DNA of 64,000 bases, from NCBI GenBank assembly GCA_013416795.1, contig RQSC01000062.1, positions 75,117 through 139,116 of the forward strand, given 5' to 3'. The notes beneath the pieces were generated by a model. The model was not told the origin of the DNA. It saw only the letters and a program-made list of their open reading frames with translations, and ran no database searches. This document shows positions 32,814 through 44,123 of this stretch, one piece after another (within the stretch, counting starts at the first letter, position 1; each line of letters starts with the position of its first letter). The position numbers were made by a program, and so were the translations under genes. The DNA is from Prasinococcaceae sp. CCMP 1430. Lineage: Eukaryota > Plantae > Prasinodermophyta.

Positions 32814-35800
32814 CTAGAATGTCGCTTTGATCTTGATTGACTTCTGCGCTGCGAGACTGCTGGGGTGCCTAGCACCATCCCTCTCCGTCGGCGGCAGCTT
32901 AATCCCCGCCAGCTTGTTGTCGGCAACTCGTCTGATGTGCGAGTCCTCGCCTGAGAATTCGTTGACGTACAGCGAGTGCGTGTCCAAGTACTGCAGATCG
33001 TTGGTGTCGTCGTTGCGGCGCACAACGTAGCGGAAGTTGAGCACGGTGGGCGGGTCGGAGCCGGTCTCATACAGGAAGCCGGTGGGAAATATGGGCTCGC
33101 CCGGCAGGCCCGTCGTCGAATTGTCGTTCATGCCGTTGGTATCGTCTATCGTGACGAGCACGAGCTTGATCTGCGCGCACACGCGGTAGTAGAGGCCCAT
33201 GTAGTGTTCCTGGAACACCCACTGGTCGTTGTCGGCGCCGCAGGACGCCTTGACAGCCTCAGAGAAGTGCACCTTAACGTCGATCACGTCGGGCACGCCG
33301 GCTGAGTTGTCGCCACCAGTGTTGATGCCATAACCGGTGTTGTAGCCGTAAGTGGTATCGTGTACATCCGAGGTGACGTTCTGCACATATGCGCGCCCAA
33401 TAACGAGATCCTTGTTGTACGAAAGCGACTGCGTCGCGCCGTGCGAACCCAGCATGGCGCCGCCTGGCTTTGGCAGCGTCAGGAGCGCGTCGTTGAATTT
33501 GCAGCGCGAGTAGTCATTGTTGTACACGTTCTTGCGGCGCACATAGGCCGTGGTCACGTCTACAGTGAAGGACAGGCTCGAGAAGTTCGGTGACGACACG
33601 CCGCACGACGCGCCGCTCACCGCGCCCGATCCCGAGTAGCCGGTGGAGACGCCAGGCACGGCGCATGTGGTTACACCAAGCGTGATCCGGTCGCCGGTGA
33701 CGGACACGATTGTGTACTTGCCGTTGACAGTGCCAGCGTCGGTGCCGCCCACGCCTGCAATGTAGATGATGTCGCCGGCAAGCAGGGTGTGCATGGCAGC
33801 GACCGAGCCAGATGTCTGCGGCGAGGCGTGGCTCACGAGCGTGAGCACGGCTGGGTCGGCGGCAGTGATTTCGCTCACTTGATAGTGGTCGGCACACGCA
33901 CGCTTGATGGTCGCATTGCCGCCGTCGAGGTCGAGCGCGTCGGTGCCAGTGTAGTCGAGGTCAGCGCTCAGGTGCGTCTGGCCCGAGGTGAGCGCGAGGG
34001 CGCCGACGTTCTGGTCGTAGCCGTCCGCGCCACCTGCACCGCGTGCACCTGTCTGCACCCTGTACTCAAACGCCAGAATGTTGTCCATGGACTGTTCTAT
34101 GCGCTCCTCGTCGAATTGGCGCTCTCGGCGCAGAGAGCTCACAGTGTTTCCGCCGTCGAAAGCCAGCCCCGTGGAGGTGTAGGTGTCGCTCGAGAAGGTG
34201 CAGTAGTGGTTGCCATGCGCCGAGGCGTCGGTCAGCCCGCCGCCCTCGAGGCTGTGCGAGCGACAGCGAATGCCCGTGTTGACGCGCTGGATGGTGACCG
34301 CGCTCGACTCGGGCGTGTCGTGGTCGCTGCCGGGAGTGTATCGCGCGCCGGCAATGTAGCCTGAGCCCGGCGGAACTGAAGTCTCCGAGCCACCCAGCCT
34401 TCCCGTGTAGAACGTCAACCCGCTGATGTCCAGCGGGGGCTCCAGCGAGAACTCCCATTTGGTGACGTGCGACCCGACCGTGAACTGCTTGTTCAGCGAG
34501 TCAGCGTCCGGGCCGTAGACGCCTCGGATGATGACGATGTCGCCTGTGGAGAGCGTGTGCGTCCCGCGCACCTTGAAGACAGTGCCCACTGTCGAGGTGT
34601 CTGCGCTGGTGCATCCCTCACTGGAGGAGGCGCACACGCCATCGGCGAAGAGCTGCAATGGGTCCTCCATGGCGGAGTTGTCCGTGTGAGCGTCATTGCT
34701 CAGCCCAGGGCTTGACGCAAACTCGCCGTACCTGCGCTGATTGGCCAGCGAGTACGCCTCCTCGCCCTTTTTGAGCGGGTTTGGCTCGTTGTTCTTCCAG
34801 AAGGCCTTCTTCTCGCCGAAGCCGCCGCCGGCGTAGGTGGCGTAGTGGTCCGCCGCGCCAGCCTCAAAGTGCGAGCCCAAGTCCAGCTTGAGCCGCGGCG
34901 AGCCGTACACGACCACCGGCTCGGAGAAAGTCACGAAGATGTAGATGAGGTCGTCCTCCTCGTATGACCAGTCGTGCTCGCCGTGTGCGGGATTCGGCAC
35001 GGCGTTCGTGGGCGTCGGCTGGCGCAGCACAAACGCAGAGCTCACGTCCCAGTCCATGCCCGTCGAGTCGAGCGCTGCGCCAGTGGCCACATTCTCCAGC
35101 GTGAAGGTGGTTGCGTGCAGCAGACCATTCGCGTCGTTGCCGTCCCCGTCGGCCGTACCGCTCACGTCGGTCACCTCGAACTCGATGCCATTAATTGAGT
35201 GTCTGTCTAAACCCCGGACGCTCTCGATCTTCACGCGGTCTCCCACCTCGAGTGAGTGCGTACCAACCGTGGTGACGGTCGCATCGGCGCTCGATTGCTC
35301 CACAGATCCAATCTGGAAGATGTTGCGGTACTGATAGTTGTCCGCGCGGCGGTTAGGCGAGTACGAGGTCACACCCACAACGAAGGGTTGGATCTTGAGG
35401 TGCACGCGGTCCACCGAGCCAAGGCTCGGATAGGCATCGAGGGAGATCTGGAGGTCGTCACGGCAGTGCGAGAACGCGCAGCGAGCATCGCGATGCAACG
35501 CAGCGGTGCTCAGCGCGCCGCTCGCCTTGTCGAGGCCGAGGCGATCGTGTTGGTTGATGCCTGCGTACGGGCCTGATAGTGTGCCCTCGCCCGAGCTGGC
35601 AAGGCCGAGCGCGTCGCCCGCGCCGCGCCTCGAGCGCACGCGGTTCGCGGGCTGCACAACCGAATTGATGAGCGCGGCCTCCCAGTAGCCCCCCGCGAGC
35701 GTCACGTGCGTGTGGCCGCTCTGGCGACCCTGGCGCACCTCCGGCCCGCTCCGGGGCTCATCCAGGCGCTGCGGCAGGTTCTCCCATCCCACCCACCGCG

Positions 35801-36353
35801 TGTTGCCGCCGCTCACCGACAGCGCAAGGAGGGAGCGCGCAGCGGATCGCGCAGCCCCGTCGGCCCCGACGCCGTCGCTGCGGACCGCCTCGAAACCGGC
35901 GTCCATCGACAGCAGCGAGCGCACGCTTTCGCCTGCGCCTGCTGCTGCGCCGAGCAGCTCGTCGGCGAGTGCAAGCTCCTCGTCTGTCGGCACGACGCTA
36001 GCTGCAGGGGCGGGGGCGGAGGTGGCACCCTCCACATCCTCCGCGTGTGCGCCCCGCCTGCCTGCCCCACCGGACGCGCACCCGCCGCCCTGCGGCTGCT
36101 GCTGCTGTCTCGGCTGCTGGGGCTGCACGTGCCGCCGCTGCTGCTCCTCCGGCTGTTGCTGCTGCTCCCCGCGCCGCTCGTCTGCACCACCCTCGACCGC
36201 CACCGCGCGCTTGAGCATACCCACGATGCCGCCGCTCTGGCCTGTTGCCTCGTCGTTCTCGGCCTGCGCGGCGGCGCGGCGCTCGGCGGCGCGTACCGCC
36301 GCGTCCGAGGCGTCTGAGCGCGCCGCCGAAGCACTCGCGGGCGCGCCGCTCCC
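32814..36353 (-). CDS. Large putative surface/secreted protein with Ig-like adhesin repeats and E1-FCCH-like modules; N-terminus lies across the gap at 36354-36373
   Basis: More than 1150 stop-free codons. Two IxVxFSExV...F.Y.V...DL.Y...L repeats and three HxLxxGDxVxIxxVxG...xN modules. Confidence 0.8.
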   Translation of the reverse strand, partial: GSGAPASASAARSDASDAAVRAAERRAAAQAENDEATGQSGGIVGMLKRAVAVEGGADERRGEQQQQPEEQQRRHVQPQQPRQQQQPQGGGCASGGAGRRGAHAEDVEGATSAPAPAASVVPTDEELALADELLGAAAGAGESVRSLLSMDAGFEAVRSDGVGADGAARSAARSLLALSVSGGNTRWVGWENLPQRLDEPRSGPEVRQGRQSGHTHVTLAGGYWEAALINSVVQPANRVRSRRGAGDALGLASSGEGTLSGPYAGINQHDRLGLDKASGALSTAALHRDARCAFSHCRDDLQISLDAYPSLGSVDRVHLKIQPFVVGVTSYSPNRRADNYQYRNIFQIGSVEQSSADATVTTVGTHSLEVGDRVKIESVRGLDRHSINGIEFEVTDVSGTADGDGNDANGLLHATTFTLENVATGAALDSTGMDWDVSSAFVLRQPTPTNAVPNPAHGEHDWSYEEDDLIYIFVTFSEPVVVYGSPRLKLDLGSHFEAGAADHYATYAGGGFGEKKAFWKNNEPNPLKKGEEAYSLANQRRYGEFASSPGLSNDAHTDNSAMEDPLQLFADGVCASSSEGCTSADTSTVGTVFKVRGTHTLSTGDIVIIRGVYGPDADSLNKQFTVGSHVTKWEFSLEPPLDISGLTFYTGRLGGSETSVPPGSGYIAGARYTPGSDHDTPESSAVTIQRVNTGIRCRSHSLEGGGLTDASAHGNHYCTFSSDTYTSTGLAFDGGNTVSSLRRERQFDEERIEQSMDNILAFEYRVQTGARGAGGADGYDQNVGALALTSGQTHLSADLDYTGTDALDLDGGNATIKRACADHYQVSEITAADPAVLTLVSHASPQTSGSVAAMHTLLAGDIIYIAGVGGTDAGTVNGKYTIVSVTGDRITLGVTTCAVPGVSTGYSGSGAVSGASCGVSSPNFSSLSFTVDVTTAYVRRKNVYNNDYSRCKFNDALLTLPKPGGAMLGSHGATQSLSYNKDLVIGRAYVQNVTSDVHDTTYGYNTGYGINTGGDNSAGVPDVIDVKVHFSEAVKASCGADNDQWVFQEHYMGLYYRVCAQIKLVLVTIDDTNGMNDNSTTGLPGEPIFPTGFLYETGSDPPTVLNFRYVVRRNDDTNDLQYLDTHSLYVNEFSGEDSHIRRVADNKLAGIKLPPTERDGARHPSSLAAQKSIKIKATF

Positions 36354-37192
36354 NNNNNNNNNNNNNNNNNNNNCGCGCCCCGCGCCCCGCGCCGCGCGCG
36401 CGCTCGCGCGCTCTTCGGCGGCGGCGGTGGAGCGAAGCAGGCCAAGGGCAAGGGCGCGCCGCAGAAGAGGGGTCGGGCGAGCGCCAAGGCCACCGACGAG
36501 GATGTTCCGTGGTACATCAGCAAGTGCGTGTGAGCGCTCCGTGCGCGCCGCCTGTGCGCGCTGCGTTTGCCCGTGCGTGACTCGCTGATGCGGTGGTCCC
36601 TCGCTGCGCCCCCCCCCCTCTCCCTCACGCCTCCTACGGTTCGGACCGTCCGCAAACGCACACCAAACGCACGCAACGGAAAGGGAGCGCCATAAATTCC
36701 GCGAACTCTGTTTTCTCCCTTCCATCTCCGCTGCAGTCAATCCCCGTGGCACCGAAATGAAATGCTCGACCCTCGACAGCTGGCACAACCGACATGTCGG
36801 TCGGTGGGCACAACGGGTCTGAGAAACGCCAGTACAGATCAAAAGCAATGTCGCGGGCACGGCCTGGCCATGATGCCATGGCCATGGCATGGCCATGGCA
36901 TGCCGCCATGCGCAAGAGAGGCTGCCCTTGGTATCGCCGCGCCCGGCCTCGATCCCGCGTGGCACGGCACCAAGGGCGAGCTGCCCTTCACCAACTCGAC
37001 CGCACGGCGGCGCGCGGCGGCGCGCTTTCCGAAGCGCTCGGGCGAGGGGCGCTGCGGCGCCCGCCTGGAGCAGGTTGCCACGGGCGCGGCGTAGAGGTCT
37101 TAGGATCGAGGAGGGGGTTGAGTCGGGTGTGTGGGGGCGCATCGTCCACGGTGCCCGCCGCGTGGGAAATGGGTGTGGCAGAAACCGAGTGA

Positions 37193-38190
37193 ATGGACGG
37201 CTCGAGCGAGCACAGCGGCGCCGGCGCCGGCGCCGCGTCCGCGAGCTTCCTCCAGCAGCGCCACGGGGCACTCTCGCCCGCGGCGGATGGCACGGAGCTC
37301 GCGGCAGGTGAGCAGCAATCGGCACAAACACAAAGCGCGCCACCTCCGCCGCTAGCGCGTGCAGACAGTGCGGTTAAGCGCATGCTCGAAGTTCCCGTGT
37401 TTGATGGCGCCGGCACCTCCGGCAGGCACGGCGTGTTGCCGATCATCTCGCCGGCAAGCGCAATGGAGCTAGCGCGGAGGCTGGAGGATGCGGCCAATGC
37501 ACTGCTTTCACCACCACCACAGCCACCACCGAAATCCCCATCGAAGCAGGGTGCGGCAATGCCCCTCATGCCACCGCTGCCCAGGGCCGTCGCAGGTATC
37601 GGCAGTAGTGGGAAAAGGTCCGCGCGCCCACCGCCCCTCGCGAGCAGTCCAGCAGTGCGGCCCCCGCCACTGCCGAGGGATGCACGTAGGGTGAGAGAGG
37701 GAGCACCCGAGCGCTCTCCTGCACCTCTGGCTGCCTACGGAGCCGATACGTCACCGAGCGGCGATGCGTCGCCCATGACGCCTGTCGGTGAGGCTCTTTT
37801 GGGTCCTGTCGAGGAGGTCGAACGAGCGCACGTTGGTGAGCCGGCTCAGCAGCATTTGCACGAGTCATCTCGCCACCGCAGGGAGTCACTGCGGCAGCGG
37901 CAGCAGACCGGAGAGCAGCGAGGGCAGCAGCAGCAGCAGCAGCAAGGGCAGGGGCAGGGGCAGCAGGGGCAGCAGCAGCAAGGGCAGGGGCAGCTTACCG
38001 AGCAGCAAGTGCTGCATACGGAGCAAGAGCAGCCTGAAATGAGGGAAGAATTGCCATCGCAGGAAGCGACTGCACGGCGAGGCCGCCTGCGAGACAGACG
38101 AGAGATCTTCGAGCGCTTTGATGCAGCTGTTGCGCAGCCAGCGCCAACCCCTCCGCCCATAAACCACAGCAGCAGCAGCAGCAGCAGGGG

Positions 38191-38227
<37 letters not shown>

Positions 38228-40129
38228 GCCGGCAGCAGCAGCAGGGGCAGCAGCAGCAGCGGCAGCATCAGTGGACTTGAGCACCTGGATGACGGTGACA
38301 GCGTTCGGAACGGGGCATTCGGTGCCGATGAGGACGAGCCCACGATGGCGGAGCGTGACGCCGCTGAGCAACGTCTCCTTGCCGCCGCGTCGTCGGTGCC
38401 CGTGCCGCGCGAAGCCCTGCTACCACAGCGCGAGGCGAACCCCGCTCCGACCGCGCCCGTATCCCTGGCTGCCGCTGACGGGTACTCGTCACCGCTACCG
38501 GTTCCACGCGTCGTGGTGCCGCCGCGGCGCGAACCAAGCCCGATGCCGCTGCCCCGTGCGGATGAACCCCCGCTGCAGACAGAAGAGAACGAGTGGCCCG
38601 CGGCGTGGGCATTCATGCGCTCGCCCGAACGCCTGCGTGGGGACAGAGCGCGGGGCGCTCAATCATTGAACTCCCCGCTGGGATCGCCGGGCGATGCGAG
38701 GGGGGCACCGCCGACTGTTCCTCGGGGTGGCAGGGCGGTGCCACCCGAGCCAATGAGCCCGCTCGACCTCGATCACGACGCTATTCTGCACTCGCCGCGC
38801 CTGCGCGAGGCGGCCGGCCGGGGCGATCAGACACGCAGTTCGGCGGCTAGAATGCAGGTGGCCGCCGTGCCTTTGTCCGATGAATCTGAAAGCGAGTCAT
38901 CGCGCGCGGAGGCGGCACCGCCACCTCGAGGGGACGTCATGGGCAAGGACGCCCCGGGTGAGTCGGAAGCATCGGCGTCGGATGGAGACTCTGATGAGAT
39001 GTGGGGAGAGGAGGTCCATCTGGAACTTGCCCCTGCGGTCACTGGGCGCCCGGATGGCCGCGGTCGTGTGGGGTCTCGGCAGACCATAGATCCCTCAGCA
39101 AGGTCTGGGCGCGGCGTAGAACGCGGCCGAGGCGCAACCGCTGCCGCGCGGCGTACGCGTGCTCTTGAGAGCTCCTGCGCGAATGACGACGCGGATGACA
39201 CAGACGTTGCGAGCGAGACCGCCGCGGAGGCCCCGGTACAGGCGCAGGCCGGGTTGGCAAACTCGGACGAAAGCTCGCCTGATGCCGCATCTGTGGCATC
39301 CTCGCTTCGAACCAATGCTCTGTACGACGAGGACCAGGACGACGGCGGGGACAGCGCAGCGGGCGCCAATGAGTCGGTTGAAAGGGGCAGTGCGGATGCA
39401 GAGGATGGGCGCACCCTTGCTGTACTCCCGCTGCGCGGTGCGGCGACGCGCAGCGCCGCAGATGTGCTGCGTGCTAGACGCAAGGGCAAAGAGAAAGCCG
39501 ACTTGGAGAAGGGAAGTACCCAAGAGGGCGGAGCAGAAGAGCCGGGCAGCGACGGCGGACCTACCGATAATGGAGGAGGTGCCGGTCGTGCCGACAAACT
39601 AGGCGGTGGCAGCAGCAGCGGTGGTGGCAGCGACAGTACCAGCAATGGCACCTTCACGAACGAGGCGTTCGACTCAAGCAGCGCCATCGAGGAACAGGAA
39701 GGGCGGATCTGGGAGCTGGAGGGAGCTGTCGCACGCGGCCAACTCGAGATCGAGGAGCTTCGGAAGGCGCAGGCGGAGGAGGTCTCACGGATGGCTGCCG
39801 CTCACCGGACATCAATCGCGTCGATCAACGCAGCGCAGCGCGACCAGCGCCGCCTGCTGGCCAAGTCAGAGTCGGCCCGCGAGCATGCGCGTAAGCAGCA
39901 CGCCACGCTGCTGCAGCAGCTCGAGATTCGCGACGACGAGGCGCTCGCCACGCGCCGGCGACTCAAGGTGGAGCGCAGCCGCGCGCAGGCGCTCGAGGAG
40001 GCGCTCGAGACGGCTCAGAGCGATGCCGCGCGCCTCTACCAGAGCCTGGCGTCCCTGCGGAGGGCCTTCGGCGTGCTCATGTGCGCCTGTGCGGCCGTCG
40101 GGCTGCGAGTCGTGCTCGGCCCTCGTTAA
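37193..40129 (+). CDS. Hypothetical low-complexity protein with C-terminal coiled coil and tail anchor
   Basis: 978-aa ORF with poly-Q and poly-S tracts, heptad-rich EGRIWELE...SLRR, and hydrophobic end [18 protein letters not shown]. Confidence 0.75.
38168..38270 (+). repeat. Interrupted (AGC/CAG)n microsatellite encoding poly-Ser
   Basis: Seen directly; other CAG runs at ~31945-31997 and ~37920-37990 encode poly-Gln. Confidence 0.85.
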
Positions 40130-40584
40130 AACAAGCGTACAGTAATGAATGCCAATTTCATCTCATGTCTCTGCGCCCGCATGCACCCCTTCCATTCCGC
40201 TCCCACACACACGCGCACGCGGGCGCGCATCCATCGCTCTTCAATTTCGCGTATTATGTCACATCGAATCGGATTATGTGGTTTTGGAAGAACTCATTTC
40301 GAAGTCAAAATGATCGGGGTCTGTATTGAATTTTTGCGTGCGTTTTGACGTGCGGGCGCGCCGTCGGCCCGCACACGCCGCGCGCGCGTTCAAATTTTTC
40401 GCGCGCGCGCACCCTCGAGACACGCCCCTGGGTGTGGGTGTGGGTGCGGGACGGGAGGGGGGGGGGGCAGGGCGCCCCACACCGTGCGGCCCGCGCGCGT
40501 CCGCGCGCGCAGCCGCCACAGCCCCACTCCCTCCCGCGAGAGAGGGGCCGGGGCGTGCCGCGCCGCGCCGCTTGAATCGCGAGG

Positions 40585-42681
40585 ATGTCGCAGCGCCCGA
40601 GCACACGCCGCGCGGCCGACGCGGAGGATGACGCAGCGGCGCGCTTCAAGCACCTCATCGAGCCTATCCGCGACCTTGCCAAGAACTGGAACGTCGACGT
40701 CGCGTCCGAGCTTGAGGACTACATCGGCGAGCTCGAGTCCATATCGTTCTCTGCGGACGGCGGTGTGACACAACTGAACTTCGCTGAGGCCGCGCTGCTC
40801 ATCCAGGGCAGCGCGTGCATCTACTCAAAGAAGGTCGAGTACCTCTACGAGCTCGTGTTCCAGGCGATCAACTTCATCGAAAAGCGCAAGAGGAAGGAGA
40901 GGGAGGCGGCCAAGCTCGGTTCGAGCGTCAGTGCGGATGGCGCCGACAAGGACGTGGACCCCCTCGACGAGGACGAGCTCGATTTCCTCATGCTCGACGA
41001 CGACATCCCCGAGGCCGAGGAAAGGGCCATCAACATGCGCGAGAAGGACCTGGAGATGGAGACGTGCCCACCGCCGACGGCGTACCGTCCAAAGTTCCCG
41101 TGGCTTCTGCGCCAGGCCACCGACCGTGGCGACGGCGAGTACAACCTGAGCCAGATGCACGTTCACCGCTCGGGCGCGCTGCTGCTCGACCAGGGTGACA
41201 TCAAGGCGCTCGACGACAACCTGGAGCCCGTCGCACAGCCCAACTTTGAGGACATTAACGCCGCCGGTGACTTCGGTGCGGGTGGATACGACGACGACGA
41301 CGACTTCGGCGACGGCGGCAGCGGCGACTTCGGTGAGGGTGGTGCGCCCGGCGAAGCCCCTGCCAGCGGCTACTGGGTAGCGCAAGAGCGCGCGGCAGGA
41401 GGGAACGTGCCGCCGACGCCGGCGCTGACCTTGCATGGCGAAGATGAGGAGGAGTACAACCCGTACGAGCCGCTGGATGCCGACGACGCCAAGGGCGTGG
41501 GCAAGCTCACCGTGCGGCCCTTCCGGAAGGGGCGCACGCAGCTCAGCAAGTCGGCTATCGAAGGCGAGCCCGTCGGCGCCTCGCCCGCGGAGGGCGTGTC
41601 GCGCAGCGGCGTCGACCATGGAGTGCGCGTGTCCGCCGCGCCGACGGCGCCGACGGTGCTGTCGCAGCCCGCCTTCAAGGAATTCTCGTTCGCCTTCGAG
41701 GCCGCGCGGCGGGCCGCGCGCGCCCTGCGGAGGGCGAATGCGCGCCGCCTTAGTGGGCTGTCGCCGGGTCCTGGCCAGCGTGCGGCCGAGCTCACGCCCG
41801 GAAGCCGCGCGGCGGCATTTGACGCGCCCGCGGCGCAGGATGATCCCGGCTACGAGGACGACATGCCCGACTTCGGTGGCGGTGGAGATGACTTCGACGA
41901 CGACGTGGATGGCGACATGGGTGCTTTCCCCGATGTTGGCGAGCAGGGGGCAGCGGGCACGTTTGGCTGGCTTTCCGGGGACGGCAACAACGCGGCCGCG
42001 CTGTCCACGCCGCGCTCGGCCTCGGCAGCGGTGTCGTATGCCGAGCTGGTGCGCGCCAAGGTGGACGAGCTGCTGGCGCGCACACTGGCGTCGGAGCGCG
42101 TGACGGAGCTCTCGCGGCGCGTGACCAATTGGCGTGACCAGATCGAGCCCGCGCTTGAGGAGGAGGAGAAGGCGGCGGCTTTCGACATCCACCAATACGG
42201 CGACGGCGTGCTCAGTGCGGTGGCCATGGACGCCAAGACGGGCAAGCGCAAGGCCGACGACGTCGTTCGTGGCACCAAGATCGATTTCGCCGACGTCTTC
42301 GCCGCCGCGCGCCGCGCCAAGGTGGACGAGGCCACGTCGCGCGGCGAGGATCCTTCGACGGCGGGGGCGGGCACCGAGGCCGGCGAAATCGCGCGCACTT
42401 TTGCGGCGACGTTGCAGCTCATCAACGACGGGGCGCTGGAGATTGAGGCGATCGTGGATGACAGTGAGAGTGAGGTTGGAGAGGGCGGTGCGGGGGCTGC
42501 GGACGCCGGAGTGGCGAAGAGCTTCAAGATCACGGTGCTTAACCCACACAGGCAAGAAATCACCACCGCGTATGACCAGATCGATGGGGGGGAGAATGTC
42601 GCGGCGCAGGCAGAGGCGAAGAAGCGCAAGGGCTCGAAGCGCGCAACTGCGGACACCGCCTTGCGTGAGACACAGGCGTGA
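40585..42681 (+). CDS. NCAPH2: Condensin II kleisin subunit H2
   Basis: [27 protein letters not shown]...[24 protein letters not shown]; C-terminal FDIHQYG and [16 protein letters not shown]. Confidence 0.95.
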   Translation: MSQRPSTRRAADAEDDAAARFKHLIEPIRDLAKNWNVDVASELEDYIGELESISFSADGGVTQLNFAEAALLIQGSACIYSKKVEYLYELVFQAINFIEKRKRKEREAAKLGSSVSADGADKDVDPLDEDELDFLMLDDDIPEAEERAINMREKDLEMETCPPPTAYRPKFPWLLRQATDRGDGEYNLSQMHVHRSGALLLDQGDIKALDDNLEPVAQPNFEDINAAGDFGAGGYDDDDDFGDGGSGDFGEGGAPGEAPASGYWVAQERAAGGNVPPTPALTLHGEDEEEYNPYEPLDADDAKGVGKLTVRPFRKGRTQLSKSAIEGEPVGASPAEGVSRSGVDHGVRVSAAPTAPTVLSQPAFKEFSFAFEAARRAARALRRANARRLSGLSPGPGQRAAELTPGSRAAAFDAPAAQDDPGYEDDMPDFGGGGDDFDDDVDGDMGAFPDVGEQGAAGTFGWLSGDGNNAAALSTPRSASAAVSYAELVRAKVDELLARTLASERVTELSRRVTNWRDQIEPALEEEEKAAAFDIHQYGDGVLSAVAMDAKTGKRKADDVVRGTKIDFADVFAAARRAKVDEATSRGEDPSTAGAGTEAGEIARTFAATLQLINDGALEIEAIVDDSESEVGEGGAGAADAGVAKSFKITVLNPHRQEITTAYDQIDGGENVAAQAEAKKRKGSKRATADTALRETQA

Positions 42682-42835
42682 GCATGCCTGCGTGCGCGCG
42701 CGCGTGCGGCGGGCGACATTGGCTAGGCGAGACGAGTAACCAAAGATAAAACACAAACGGGCGCAGCGGGCGATCGGTCTCAGAGTACACGTGAATTTAC
42801 AAGGCGGCGTGCTACAACTCGCAAGGGAGCCACCC

Positions 42836-43399
42836 TCATTGAGCGTCGAGATGCAGCTTCTTGTACTTTGCCGCGCGCTGGGCGGCCGAGCGCGCCTGCT
42901 CAGCAGCGCGCCGCGAGTCGGGCAGCGAGCACGCGAGCGTCGCGCCGACGTACGCGTCCTGCAGCCACTGGCCGTGCATCTCGAGCAGCTTGCCGCCCTC
43001 CTTGATCTCAGCGACGCCGCAGCCATGCAGCTGACCCGCGCGCCAGCGCCCGCACACCTTGCTGCCATCGTCAAACGTGTGGCAGCCGGCGCCGTGCGGC
43101 TTGTGGTCGTGGAACTCGCCTTCATAGCACCCGCCCGCAGCGTACCAGAGCGAGCCGACATTCTCGGCCTTGCCGTCCTGCGCCCGGCGTGGGTGCGCGC
43201 AGGGGAGAGGCGGCGGCCGATCGTCAGGGAGTTAGCGGCAAAGCTCGTGGCTATGGTCGACGCTGCTACACGCATGCGCCCTCCTCACACGCACCTTTGT
43301 GTGGCCGTCGTACCGGCTGCCGTCGCGGAAGACCAGCTCCTCGAAGCGCAGCGCCCCACCGCCGCCGCCCGTCGTCGCCGCCGCGGCTTTGTGCGCCAT
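42836..43399 (-). CDS. MORN-repeat protein (MORN4-like); exons 43399-43295, 43177-42836
   Basis: Spliced product reads DGSRYDGHTKDGKAENVG..YEGEFHDHKPHGAG..VCGRWRAGQLHGCG; only partly present in the ORF track. Confidence 0.88.
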
Positions 43400-44046
43400 C
43401 CCCCCTCCCGAAGCACACGCCCTCCCTCCCCCCTACACCTCGCCCAGATCGCGCGCCGCGCGCCGCGCGCCGCGATTCGCCGCCCACGCCCTGCGATCGC
43501 ACGGCGCCCGCGGCGCGCTCGCAGCACCAGGCGGCCGCCGTCCGCAAGAGGGCACGCACGCACGCGTGCGCTGTGTGGGCCACCCCTCGCAACACCCCCG
43601 CCGCAGCCCGCGCCGCGCCGCTGGCTGGCACGCCGCAGGCGTTCTCGTGCCTTCGTTCTGATGGCGCATAGAAAGCTCGCCCGTGGGCAAATGACTCTGT
43701 TTCCAGGGGCCCCGCGTCAGAGACTTCTCCATCGAACGCGCGCACATGCGTGCGGCCGTGCCTGGCGTGCCAGCGTGTTCAGGATCCCAGGCGCCCCCGA
43801 ACCCTATCCGCTCTCACAAAGACCGGGTCATCCCATGGCTGTACCGGATATGCACGCGAAAATTGGCTGCAAAGACCGGGGTCAGACCCGATTCAGGCCG
43901 GGGTCGGCGTGTCCGCGCGCGCGCCGCCCTTGGGCACGGGCCGCAAAAGCGATTCGAAACTGGCGCGCGCGCGCCGCCAGCCTCGCTGCAGCGCGCCCTG
44001 TCCGCCGACGATGCCACTCCTGCCCCGCCTAGCGGGCGGGGAGGAA

Positions 44047-44079
<33 letters not shown>
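44047..44079 (+). repeat. Poly-G tract (~33 nt) just upstream of the ATG at 44124
   Basis: Seen directly. Confidence 0.9.
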
Positions 44080-44080
<1 letters not shown>

Positions 44081-44123
44081 GAAGGTGTGCAGGGGGCGGC
44101 AAGAAGGAGGAGGGGCAGAGGCG

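Noticed and set aside
40825-43275. 816-aa minus-strand ORF and many other long overlapping ORFs
   Set aside because: Antisense or alternate-frame shadows of real genes (here NCAPH2); stop codons are rare at this GC content and the translations show no motifs.
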